Notes: generated by a model from the letters alone, not told the origin. Numbered from the stretch's first letter, positions 17,712 through 27,184 are shown. The stretch is DNA of 35,431 bases from an uncultured virus (IMG/VR IMGVR_UViG_3300008111_002316) (IMGVR_UViG_3300008111_002316); one strand, 5' to 3'. Numbers and translations: made by a program.

Positions 17712-17923
17712 AAATTCTTGACAAAAAACTCACCAGCAAGTGTTATCATAAAAAGTTCAAGGTCACGACCAACAGCAACTTTTTTGATTAAGCCTAAATT
17801 TAAAAGAGGTTGGAAATCAGGGTCATAAGGTTTTGTCCAAATTGTTTTATGATTTGCGATATATTTTAAAAGGTTTATATTGATAGTAGTGCTAGTTTTT
17901 TTCAAGACATTCTTTTTATTCAT
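17708..17923 (-). CDS. Hypothetical small protein
   Basis: 71-aa ORF downstream of the polymerase. Confidence 0.5.
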   Translation of the reverse strand: MNKKNVLKKTSTTININLLKYIANHKTIWTKPYDPDFQPLLNLGLIKKVAVGRDLELFMITLAGEFFVKNF

Positions 17924-18054
17924 AAAAAGGAAATGATTTTTTGTAAAGGTGGGTCAAAGATACCAATAGTTAGAGTATCAATGACACCACGAAAAAGAGC
18001 TAAGACAATTTTGATTTTGAGCGAGAACCTTCAGAATTAAGGAAATCTGGCGTA

Positions 18055-18909
18055 CTAATATTTCAAAAGGGAACCTTTAGTCACCTCAAGAATCTCTTGA
18101 ATGGTAGTGACTCGCCCTAAAGAAAGACCTAAAGGTTGAGAAGGAGTGATAGCGTGCTGGTCGGGGGACTTACGAATAGTGAAGTCAATATCGACACCTG
18201 AGAACCAAGCAACAGAAGCTGGTAAATCATAAAGTCCAACAGAATAAGAGATATAAGCCCTAGTCCAAAGGTGAGCTATTTGCAAAGCTAAACAAAAACG
18301 AGCAGAATCTTTAGCAAGAACAATGTACCGGTATTCATCATGAATAGTGATACAAAGTCGAGCATCAATGTCGTATTTGGAACAAAGATAATCAACAGCA
18401 GTAAGACAGATGTGTAAAAAATCAACACCGGAGCTTTGAACACAAAAATTAATTTTGCTAGTTAGATAATCTTTGTGACCAGTAAAACGGGGATGAATGG
18501 CATCACTCATAGTACGTTTTAAGGTAGGAGTGCGAGGGTCACTAGAAGTAGCAATACGTTCAAGTTCGTTAAACATAACGGACTCAGTACCTAAACGCCA
18601 ACGTCCTTCAATTTTTTTACCTTTTGTTTTGGCAAACATATCAGAAGCAAGCTGTTTAGCCTCAGCAGAAGTCAAAGTTTTACGGAACTCCCGCATATAA
18701 TTAATCATCGATTTAAGACCAGCAGAATATCGACGGCTATAGACGACAGTTTTAGCATTATCACGACTGATACCTAATAAAGAAGCAGTCATAGAATGAG
18801 GGTCAGTGCCATCTTCTTTACAGCCAACAAGTGTTTGAAAAGAGGAAGGCGTACCACCAATAATGCCAACATGAGCATCAGCTATAAGGTCAGAAATCCA
18901 TAACTCTTG
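18055..18909 (-). CDS. DNA polymerase gamma-like (family A), exon 2
   Basis: Starts QELWI, completing motif A GADVDS|QELW; motif B RDNAKTVVYSRRYSAG; TSKINFCVQSSGVDFLH; motif C ITIHDEYRY. Confidence 0.93.
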   Translation of the reverse strand, partial: QELWISDLIADAHVGIIGGTPSSFQTLVGCKEDGTDPHSMTASLLGISRDNAKTVVYSRRYSAGLKSMINYMREFRKTLTSAEAKQLASDMFAKTKGKKIEGRWRLGTESVMFNELERIATSSDPRTPTLKRTMSDAIHPRFTGHKDYLTSKINFCVQSSGVDFLHICLTAVDYLCSKYDIDARLCITIHDEYRYIVLAKDSARFCLALQIAHLWTRAYISYSVGLYDLPASVAWFSGVDIDFTIRKSPDQHAITPSQPLGLSLGRVTTIQEILEVTKGSLLKY

Positions 18910-19740
18910 CAAGTTTCTTACGAATAGCCCGCTTCCGACTATTCTCACTGAGTCTCCCCAGTGTTGAGACTATATCATATACGGTTTCCCGTATCTCCCC
19001 GTTTCGAGCTTGCTTAAGCCCTACGATAATAAGCCTAGTTCTTTCAAGATACCCTTATATGCTTTACCCTTCTTGATGTTAGCCACATGGGACTTCTGTA
19101 CTCCATGCTCTTTAGCTAATTGTTCATCTGGTAAGTCAGAATTGAAGATTTTTACAATATCTTCTGTGGTTAACTTGAATCTAGACGTTTCTCTAGTCGT
19201 TGAAGAGTCCTGTACAATCCTTCCCACTGTGGTTCTGTTCATGCCCACCATCTCCGCTATTTTTCGGGTGGTGTAACCCTGTACCCATAGTTCCATTACT
19301 TCTTCCCGGTGAATATCTCTGAAGTCCGAGTGTTGGTTTTTTCTACCTTGGGGGCGTTTGTCGCCCTTTAGCCGATAGTCTTCAGAGATATTGTGGGAAA
19401 TTGTACACCATTCAAGATTTTCAAGATTGTTATTGGTCTTGCAATCGTCTTTGTGGTGGACTACGGGGAGATTGTCTGGGTTGGGTAGATGGGCTAGGGC
19501 TACCATACGGTGAACCATGATGTTTTTAGTTTCCCCTGAGTCATTTGTTAGGACAGTTGCCATATATCCACTTTTATTGACTGCTGGTGACATAAAACGC
19601 TTGACTCGGTGGGAGTAGATACGACCCGTTTTAGTAACGCTGTACTTACTAAATCCGGGGATTGTAACTAGGCTTTCCCGCTGATTGTCCATAACCTTTT
19701 TTCCAGCAATTAGAGGAGTTTAACGACAGCCATTGTGTTA
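18910..19740 (-). ncRNA. Group I intron (831 nt) in polymerase motif A
   Basis: Exon GACAGU pairs with IGS GCUGUC giving the U.G splice pair; P AAUUGCUGGAAA, Q AAUCAGCGG, R UUCAACGACUAG, S AUGAUAUAGUC, P8 AUACGG-GAAA-CCGUAU-like, terminal G at 18910; splicing restores the frame. Confidence 0.9.
19021..19692 (-). CDS. Intron-encoded NUMOD4/HNH homing endonuclease (I-HmuI-like)
   Basis: IPGFSKYSVTKTGRIYS; VHRMVALAHLPNPDNLPVVHHKDDCKTNNNLENLEWCT; C-terminal HTH-like segments. Confidence 0.9.
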   Translation of the reverse strand: MDNQRESLVTIPGFSKYSVTKTGRIYSHRVKRFMSPAVNKSGYMATVLTNDSGETKNIMVHRMVALAHLPNPDNLPVVHHKDDCKTNNNLENLEWCTISHNISEDYRLKGDKRPQGRKNQHSDFRDIHREEVMELWVQGYTTRKIAEMVGMNRTTVGRIVQDSSTTRETSRFKLTTEDIVKIFNSDLPDEQLAKEHGVQKSHVANIKKGKAYKGILKELGLLS

Positions 19741-21564
19741 ACTGTCCACGTCAGCACCAATTTGAACATAGCCTTGTGGCATACGAACAGTGGTTTTAAT
19801 TTCACTTCCAATGCGATTAGCCCGGGGGTTAGCCGCAGTAAGCCAAGTGTTTTCAACAGCACGACCAGTGACAGTACCGGCAGTAATTAATTGAGGACAA
19901 ATAAAACCAGTTCGATTGTCAGAAGACAGAACAACAAATTGATTTTTTACTCGGTCTTGAACAGAAACCCAATAAGCGCAAGAAATAGCAGATTGGAGGG
20001 CTAATTTAGCTTCAGGGAAGTCAGAATCAAGAATACCTCCTTCCATTTCAGACAGATAATCTTTAGACAAAGGCGAACCAACATTGGAATTTTCACCGGC
20101 TTTGTGAGGTAGGGGATAATACAGAGTATCGACATAAGAAAGACCACCATCGTGAGAGATAAAGTTTTCAAGAAGCAAAGGTGTGGTATTGGAAGAAACA
20201 TCAGCACCCTGAGTGGCAAGAAAACCCCACTTACGATCCTTATGATGATAAAGAGGGAAACCCATCCAAGAGAGACGTAAAAGATAGGGGGTACATTGGG
20301 AACGAACAGTAAGGTTCAGTTTATCACCCTTGAATAGCTTACGATACCATTCTGGTTTGTCTTTATGTTTTTTAGCCCGTGAAGAAGGCATAGACCAATC
20401 TAAATGACGAAGCCAAGCATCAGAGTTAGGGTCTAATTCACCGCTAATAAACTTAGAAACTGCATCATCAGCCAACATTTGCAAGTGGGAATTAATTTTT
20501 AAGCGTTCGGACTGAAACAACTCTTCACACCGATTGATATAGCCATACCAACTTTCACGGGTAACAGGAAGGATAGCAGTACCCATTTGCAACATTCCGC
20601 AAAAAGTCACAGCAGAAGGGCATTTTTCCTTAAAGCGGAACCATAAAACTTGATAAAGTTGAAAAGTGACTTTAACATCATTAGCACAGTATTGAGCTAA
20701 TTGCTGAAAACGATTTTTTATTTCCAAAAGAGTACCGGTAACAAAATAATCACGGTCGGATTTGGAAATAGAATAACCTAAATGCAATCTTGAAGTTTCG
20801 GCTAAAGAATTACCGCTAGAAACCTCAAGCCAATCAAAATAAAAAGGAGACTCACCTTGCTCATCAAGAGCTTTATTATGTTTGATGCTAAGAGGACGTT
20901 GTTTTGAACTTAGACCAGCGACGCATTGGTGCATAGACAAAGTATCCCAAAAACGAACGCCTGAGAGTTTGAGGTCATAAGTTTCTAAGGTTCTTGCACG
21001 GTCATAACTGGCATAATGAGCAACAACAAATTTGTCGGATTTACCCAAAGGACAAAGAGTATCAGAACCGTTTGAAACCAGTTTAGGGGAAACCCAAAAA
21101 TACCAAGCGACAGAAGAAACAGCACAAGCCATGACAGGGTAATTAGAGCTAGTAACAGCAACCTCACAGTCATAAACAATGGACATCTCAAGAGGGTAAG
21201 GGACAGAATAGGGTTCCGACCCATCCATAGGGTAACAAGTCCAACCGCACTTGAAAATAAATTCAGAAGGAATAGGTGGAATACTGGTACGAGCTAAAGC
21301 CTCCGCTAAATCTAAATAAGGTTTAGAACGCTGAATAGCAATGTTGTGAAAATGTTTTTCAAGGTCTTCACCTTCAAGAGGGGGTAAATCAAATTCAATA
21401 GTAGGAGGAGTAGGAATGTTCGAGCCACTCAGATTGAAGCTCTGTAACTGTCTTTTGGCTTCGTCACGAGCAGTTTTGCTTGGGTGGTTTTCTAAATCCC
21501 CAAATAATTGCTCCCTTAAGGATTCAGAAATCAAAGGAATCCCTACAGCATTTTTTCTAGACAT
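19741..21564 (-). CDS. DNA polymerase gamma-like (family A), exon 1; spliced product about 892 aa
   Basis: ExoI VYDCEV, ExoII AHYASYDRAR, FWDTLSMH, ExoIII QYCANDV, LPHKAG..NVGSPLSKDY, GTVTGRAVENTWLTA...IGSEIK, GADVDS; all match mitochondrial Pol gamma signatures. Confidence 0.93.
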
Positions 21565-21739
21565 ACACGGTTTTATTTTAAGTGGTTTACATTTTAAGTA
21601 TCGTACAAAGTTAATCTTTTGTCAAGGTTGAAATATTGACAGGGGATGGAATAATCACACAGCAAGGATTGAGCGGGGAGGGGAAAAACAAAAAAACATT
21701 GACAATGGTTGTAGTCGATGTTAAAAACCTAATAATCAT

Positions 21740-22493
21740 ACTTGGTGCTAACTTAGAATTTCTCTGGTTAGAGAATCGCTTTTGTCGATGCGCTCTCAGG
21801 GGAAAAGGAAACTTACGGTTAATTCGTCTCCCTCGTCTTCCTCGTCGCATTAAACGACTACTATCCATCCGTTTTTCAACTCGTTTAAAGGGAAGCTCTA
21901 GGTGAGCCGTCTACAGAGTAAAACCAGAAGATGGGACATTAATTCCAGAAAACAATTTGCTGGGGTCAATTCCTACAGAAATAGGTTGAGTTTTATTTTC
22001 TTGATCATCTTGCTTTGTAGAATCAGGTGTAAGAGGAAATTGAGGATTAAATCGATGAACAAATCACTGTTATCCTAAAACAAAATCCCCTTGACACCGT
22101 GTTTGTAACTCATTGTTAATGAGATCAATCTGTTTGCTTCCCACTGCGATTTTGACCACTCCTCAATGTTTTAGCAGGTCTAGAACGTCCAACATCACTA
22201 TGAATAGAATCTTGTAAAGCATCAATTAATATCTCCGGTGGTAAAGGCCTACGAAGCTCACTTTCCTCCTCAGACAAGGGTGTTAATTGCGGTCTTTGGG
22301 GTGGATTACCACGCCCAAGATTCTCTATTACTTTATCATTGTCAGAAGGTTCTGCTATCAGTTGGACATAGAATTGTCCTAAGTCGTTGAATTTACCGAT
22401 GGCTTTTCCTTCTTTAATCCACCGTCTAGCCCGACTAGGTTTAGTCGGCATTAGAGGTCGATTGTCTGAAGAGATTACAGGTATTCTTTGCAT
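21740..22493 (-). pseudogene. iscB: IscB (RRXRR family) pseudogene, interrupted and truncated
   Basis: PLMP domain at 22338-22493; ~340-bp insertion; then 21740-22000 ENKTQPISVGIDPS (RuvC-I), in-frame TAG at 21911-21913, bridge helix MRRGRRGRRINRK..RQKRFSN..KLAPS; HNH and RuvC-II/III absent. Confidence 0.88.
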
Positions 22494-22737
22494 GGAGATA
22501 ATCCTTAAGAGTGAAGTTAATGTCCTTTACCGCAACACAATCAAGATGTCTTGTCTAACAACGCTTTACCAATAAAGCTTAGAGATAGTCCGAACGAGGG
22601 AAGGATTCGTAAGTCTGGGACAGATTGTGTCTCAATGCGGTAGTCGCTACTTGCGTTGCTTAAATTGGTCTAGGCAAGCCCCGCACCTTTAGGACGGGGT
22701 TAGTAACATAATGAGCAACAACAAATTTGTTGGATTT
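22494..22737 (-). ncRNA. IscB omegaRNA scaffold (~214 nt) with 5' guide
   Basis: Begins GTTACTAACCCCGTCCTAAAGGTGCGGGGCTT (typical end hairpin) and runs to the iscB ATG; the 5' flank 22707-22737 matches 21012-21042. Confidence 0.8.
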
Positions 22738-22813
22738 TATTGAGGAAAAAGGTTAAGAAGCAACGACAGCACTACAATTAATAGTAATGGTTTGAGCGAC
22801 AGGGTGAAGTCGT

Positions 22814-23311
22814 TTAGACACTGCCAGTGAAGTGTTTTCTAGTTCGAGCGTGTAAATAATTTTCTGGACGGTTAGTGACTTTAGCCATTTCTACATTAGC
22901 TTTAAAATCTTTAACTTTCTTAATATAGGAATCAATAGTTTGTCGTTGATGCACGTCACCCAGACCTTTAAATTTTGGTCTATTAAGATACCAAGTTTGA
23001 TATTCGATTAGGACATCAATTAAGGGTGAAAAGACAATGCAATAAGGTTGAATAGAGGTCAAAATGTCGATAGCTAATTGACCTTTGATAATCCATTTTT
23101 TGTTACGATTGGGAGGTTTTGCGATATAAACAGTTCCCCCTAACATTTGACTAACTAGATGCAAATAATTAATATTTTTGTGATGAAATTCGATGGCAGG
23201 GGTAACAAAGTTTTTATGACGCATTAAGCTAATAGAGGCTTTGGCTTCAATCATACCAGCGACATAAGCAGTTTCGAGGGGAGATAGCGTGTGAATCAGA
23301 CTGTTGGACAT
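22814..23311 (-). CDS. Free-standing LAGLIDADG-like homing endonuclease, degenerate motif
   Basis: TAYVAGMIEAKASISL helix, LGGTVY, KWII.G.A...L..I.PY. Confidence 0.6.
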   Translation of the reverse strand: MSNSLIHTLSPLETAYVAGMIEAKASISLMRHKNFVTPAIEFHHKNINYLHLVSQMLGGTVYIAKPPNRNKKWIIKGQLAIDILTSIQPYCIVFSPLIDVLIEYQTWYLNRPKFKGLGDVHQRQTIDSYIKKVKDFKANVEMAKVTNRPENYLHARTRKHFTGSV

Positions 23312-23369
23312 AATAAATTTTGGTACAAATTGGTAGAGGGACTATGTGAAAGAATTAGAAATACCGAAA

Positions 23370-23999
23370 TCATTCAGCTAAAGCATTAATTATGGAGCCA
23401 TAATTATCCTCAATGAAAGACAGCAAATTTAAATCATTATCTAGGGTATCGTCATCCACGTCATTTGGTGAATTTTTATCCCATTCCCAAGCGTAAAGGA
23501 TAGCATTGTGAAGAATAAATTTGGAAAGCAGAGGTAAACGAGAAAGACGAAAAGCTTGAATATAATCAAAGTATTGCTGTTCACGAATAAGCATAAAACT
23601 TAAAAACCAAGCATGATAATTATGGCTTAGGTATTCGAGACAAGATTCAGGAGAATCGAAAAGATGTTCAAAAGGGTATTTTTTTCCTTGTTCTTCAGGG
23701 GGCAAAAATTCATACCAATCTTGAATGGACTCTAGAGGGTAACATTTGTTACGCCAAACAAAATACTCGTCTATTAAAGAAGGAAAAAGGTCTTTAACAG
23801 CTTCAAGAGTGTAAAGGTTTAGAGTCATTTTGTACTTTAAAGGAACTTTAGAAACCTGTAAGGTTTTCAAATAGGTAGAAAATTGTCTATTAGAGATAAG
23901 CGTAACTAAAGAACTAACGGTTTCAGCTTCTGTATGGTTCATAGGGGAGGACTCCAAATTGATTAGTTTAATCATAGCACGGTTGACGGAAATGGTCAA
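23370..23999 (-). CDS. Hypothetical protein
   Basis: ~200-aa ORF; start uncertain. Confidence 0.65.
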   Translation of the reverse strand: MTISVNRAMIKLINLESSPMNHTEAETVSSLVTLISNRQFSTYLKTLQVSKVPLKYKMTLNLYTLEAVKDLFPSLIDEYFVWRNKCYPLESIQDWYEFLPPEEQGKKYPFEHLFDSPESCLEYLSHNYHAWFLSFMLIREQQYFDYIQAFRLSRLPLLSKFILHNAILYAWEWDKNSPNDVDDDTLDNDLNLLSFIEDNYGSIINALAE

Positions 24000-24000
24000 G

Positions 24001-24030
24001 AAAAACCCACCTATATTACGGGTGGGTTTT
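24001..24030. terminator. Terminator after the helicase
   Basis: AAAACCCACC...GGTGGGTTTT. Confidence 0.75.
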
Positions 24031-24035
24031 AAAAA

Positions 24036-25643
24036 TTATTCTTTGATGAAAACTTTTTGTTTAGCTCGTGTGAGAGCTACATAAAGCAATTTTTTCCAAT
24101 TAGGGGCGTTATATACATCAAGACCATCGATAAAGACAACATCAAAACCAGACCCTTGACTTTTATAGACAGTCAAAGCATAATTATATGCCCAATGATA
24201 CGTCAAAAAGCTTAAGTTTTGCCATTCTTTATAGGCAGAATATAGAGCTTTACAATTGGATTGTAGCTTAGAACTGACAGAATAAAGAGCGTCAGGGTAG
24301 GCTCGTTCAAGATAAGTTAAAGCTTCTTGAGCAATTGCCAAAATAGAGGGGTCTGGAACTATAGGAATTACGCCAGAGATTAAACCATCGATACAATAAA
24401 GAATGGCTGTTAAATCCTTCAATTCTTCTTGCAAAGTTATAGAACGATTCATGACCTGAATCATTTTATCGTTATTGCGAGGGTCAATAAAAGAAACCGT
24501 CCATTGTAAATCTCTGTCTAAAGATTTAACAGTAGTATCCCAAACATCAACAGTAAAGTTGGACATTTTGTGAAAATTAAGAGTAAATTCCACTAACTCT
24601 TCAGCGTCAAAAATGTCGATTTCTTTCTCTTTAAAGGGGTCACAAAGTTTGCAAGTTGAAAAATGGGAACTAAGGATGGACACGATTTCACCATTAACAA
24701 AATTGGCAACTTTATTAGCACGGTTAACATATTTAAAGTAGTTATTACGGCGTAAACTGATAAGTTGTTCGCCTTCAGCAAAGGGTTTATTAGCGATACC
24801 TTTTATTGAACGAATAAGTTCGTTATATTGACAAACTTTATCGTTTTTATGAGCTAATATTTTGAACTCAATATTTTCTGAAGCTACAGTATTTTTTAGC
24901 TTTTCATACCATTCATTAGCAGAAATAAGTTCAACATTGTGCAAATCAGGGTCTAAAACCAATTGTTTATCAATAATAGACTTTAACGTTGGCTTTTGGG
25001 AGTCATGGACATTAATGAGTTTCCGAAGATGTTCAGCAATTTTAAGAACACCAGCATCATAACGCATGACTTGTTCTAAAATAGAACTACTACCACAATT
25101 AAAAACATTACTAGCTTTTTGACCGGGTGGGGGTAGTTGACAAGAATCACCAACCCAAAGAATTTTAGCTTTGATTTGGGACGCTTTTTCCCTTAAACGA
25201 CACTCCATATCCTTAGAAAGAATAGAAACTTCATCAACGATAATCAACTGGTATTGGCTAGTGACAAATTTAGAGTTACCGGTATCTAAAGTAGATTTTT
25301 CAGAGTCTCTGGTAACTCGGACACCTTTCATTTTGTACTGCCCACCTTTTTCTTGAATTACAAGTCCTAAAATGGCATGAATAGTATAAACATCTGCGTT
25401 AAATGTCAACTTTTCTTTAAGGACAGAAGCCGCTTTATTGGTAGGACATAAAATAGCAATTTTTAGGTTAGGGTGTGACTGTATCCAATGAGCAATTAAA
25501 GTGGTTTTACCAGTACCAGCCCCCCCAGAAATTAAATGTTCCCCCTTTTTTGAACCCCACCAACGTTCTAAATCTTCGAGAGCTAACCTTTGGTCTTCTG
25601 TTAATTGAAGGGGTGTGGTTTCGATAGCTACAGACGATGACAT
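24036..25643 (-). CDS. SF1B Dda/RecD-like DNA helicase
   Basis: GGAGTGKTT, PTNKAA, TIH, IIVDEVS, VGDSCQLPP, YALTVYKSQGS, LLYVALTRAK. Confidence 0.92.
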   Translation of the reverse strand: MSSSVAIETTPLQLTEDQRLALEDLERWWGSKKGEHLISGGAGTGKTTLIAHWIQSHPNLKIAILCPTNKAASVLKEKLTFNADVYTIHAILGLVIQEKGGQYKMKGVRVTRDSEKSTLDTGNSKFVTSQYQLIIVDEVSILSKDMECRLREKASQIKAKILWVGDSCQLPPPGQKASNVFNCGSSSILEQVMRYDAGVLKIAEHLRKLINVHDSQKPTLKSIIDKQLVLDPDLHNVELISANEWYEKLKNTVASENIEFKILAHKNDKVCQYNELIRSIKGIANKPFAEGEQLISLRRNNYFKYVNRANKVANFVNGEIVSILSSHFSTCKLCDPFKEKEIDIFDAEELVEFTLNFHKMSNFTVDVWDTTVKSLDRDLQWTVSFIDPRNNDKMIQVMNRSITLQEELKDLTAILYCIDGLISGVIPIVPDPSILAIAQEALTYLERAYPDALYSVSSKLQSNCKALYSAYKEWQNLSFLTYHWAYNYALTVYKSQGSGFDVVFIDGLDVYNAPNWKKLLYVALTRAKQKVFIKE

Positions 25644-25693
25644 AGCGACAAACTCCTTGTTGAATGTTAAAAAGCGAATTTTGATTGAAACTC

Positions 25694-25830
25694 GGTTGTG
25701 GTTTCGATATTGACATACTCACCGTCCTTAAAGAGTGGTGATTCTTGACGCTTCACCGACTGACGCTACCGAGGTAGTCTTACTCTGTCTCTGCGCCCGT
25801 TTAGAGTCTCCCAATGCCCTATGGCGACTT
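25694..25830 (-). ncRNA. Orphan IS200/IS605 TnpB omegaRNA/right end with 3' guide
   Basis: GGGCATTGGGAGACTCTAAACG...GTAAGACT...GGTGAAGCGTCAAGAATCACCACTCTTTAAGGACGGTGAGTATGTCAA has the QESP...GE.V tail, subterminal hairpin and TCAA end of IS605-group elements; no tnpB ORF. Confidence 0.75.
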
Positions 25831-25841
25831 TCTTGTTTGGA

Positions 25842-26327
25842 TTATACCCAATCTTTTTCGTTCCATATTTGTTTGTCAATAAAATCTGAGATAGACTTTA
25901 CTATTTCGTCTGTTTTGTCAAGAATAAAATCAATCTCATCTTGCTTGTCGGAAATTTCAGATTCATCCCAAACAAGTGCCTCATCATAGCTTAATCCTAT
26001 ATATCTATATATTTCTTTTATTTCTCCGGTTCTTAGATCAAATATTCTACTACTTACTTTAACTACTGGTAAATCATCAAAATCTCGGTAATAGCACATA
26101 ACCTTAATATGCGCTATGGTCTGACTATCTAAAAGAACCTTAGCATTACCCATTAGGTAAATTGTAGTCGCTGATGTTATTTTCCATTCTGACCAAAGAA
26201 GATATTTGAATAACCAATTATCCCAAAAAGACCATGTATTATACTCTTTGTAGCAAAAAGCCGCAATCTTTTTGAGTATATCTATTCTTCGTGGCTTATT
26301 AAAAAACTTTTCTGTTGTTGTGTTCAT
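25842..26327 (-). CDS. Hypothetical protein, divergent member of tandem family
   Basis: KI..FC...Y..W N-terminal motif and I.DFI..QI C-terminus. Confidence 0.7.
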   Translation of the reverse strand: MNTTTEKFFNKPRRIDILKKIAAFCYKEYNTWSFWDNWLFKYLLWSEWKITSATTIYLMGNAKVLLDSQTIAHIKVMCYYRDFDDLPVVKVSSRIFDLRTGEIKEIYRYIGLSYDEALVWDESEISDKQDEIDFILDKTDEIVKSISDFIDKQIWNEKDWV

Positions 26328-26749
26328 AGCGTCACCTCGGTTTGTATTTCAGTTTCGATAAATGAAAGGATATTAATCAAGATTTGTGTTCCTTTTTCAC
26401 ACCATAAGTTTAGTTCTTTATGTTTAGCAGTCCCACTTTTCTTGAACAAGATTTTACTGTTTTTTCTATCATTTATCCATATAAGAAAACTTCCTTCCCA
26501 ATCTAGATTAGAGATAGTAGACCGACCTTCTATATAATTTCTAAAATCACTAGGTGAACCGTTACTACTATAAGAGTTGTTGCTATTGACCCTTATATCT
26601 ATTTGTATTCCATTTATAGAATTAAGAATAGAGCGATACCCGTAAATGATGTTTTCAGTTCTACTTAAAGACGTAAATGACCACTTTAGCTCTGGGTAAG
26701 TTTTTTGGCAGAAATTAAATATTTTTTGGGTTGTTTCTGTAGTGTTCAT
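26324..26749 (-). CDS. Hypothetical protein, tandem paralog
   Basis: QKIFNFCQKTYPELKW...FIETEIQTEVTL; ATGA overlap. Confidence 0.75.
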   Translation of the reverse strand: MNTTETTQKIFNFCQKTYPELKWSFTSLSRTENIIYGYRSILNSINGIQIDIRVNSNNSYSSNGSPSDFRNYIEGRSTISNLDWEGSFLIWINDRKNSKILFKKSGTAKHKELNLWCEKGTQILINILSFIETEIQTEVTL

Positions 26750-27126
26750 AATGTCATCTCGGTTTGTATTTGAGTTTCGATAAACTCAAAAATACTTGAC
26801 AGCATATCTTTGGGTTTTATAAATAAATCTGTTGACGTATCAAAATCTTTTTTTGATTTAAAAGAGAATTGAGATTCTTTTCTATCTAGCCAAATTTTGA
26901 AAGAACCAGACCATCGCTCTGAACTAGAGATAAACGTGCTTACTTCTCCTAACACAACAGAACTTCTTAATAAAGTACCAATAGTCTCTATACTGACATC
27001 AATCTCTGTTATTTTACCCCAAATATGAAAAGTTGAATTTGTGTAATTTGTTTGTTCCCAATTTATTTCTGGGTAACGGTCTTTACAGAAATCTAATATT
27101 TTTTGGGATGTTTGCCATGTGTCCAT
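26746..27126 (-). CDS. Hypothetical protein, tandem paralog
   Basis: QKILDFCKDRYPEINW...FIETQIQTEMTL; AGGAG RBS. Confidence 0.75.
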   Translation of the reverse strand: MDTWQTSQKILDFCKDRYPEINWEQTNYTNSTFHIWGKITEIDVSIETIGTLLRSSVVLGEVSTFISSSERWSGSFKIWLDRKESQFSFKSKKDFDTSTDLFIKPKDMLSSIFEFIETQIQTEMTL

Positions 27127-27184
27127 TTGTTACTCCTATTTACTCTTGGATTTCACCAGACCAGATTGGTTCGTAAATTAATTA

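Noticed and set aside
18910..19740. Intein or two-subunit split polymerase
   Set aside because: An in-frame TAA follows exon 1, intein terminal residues are absent, and group I RNA motifs explain the interruption.
22125..22493. Functional 122-aa RRXRR protein
   Set aside because: Only the first ~52 aa are IscB; the rest is read-through into an insertion.
24498..24516. Helicase site as target of the 13780 element's guide
   Set aside because: About 10 contiguous matches, located away from the scaffold-proximal seed; expected by chance.
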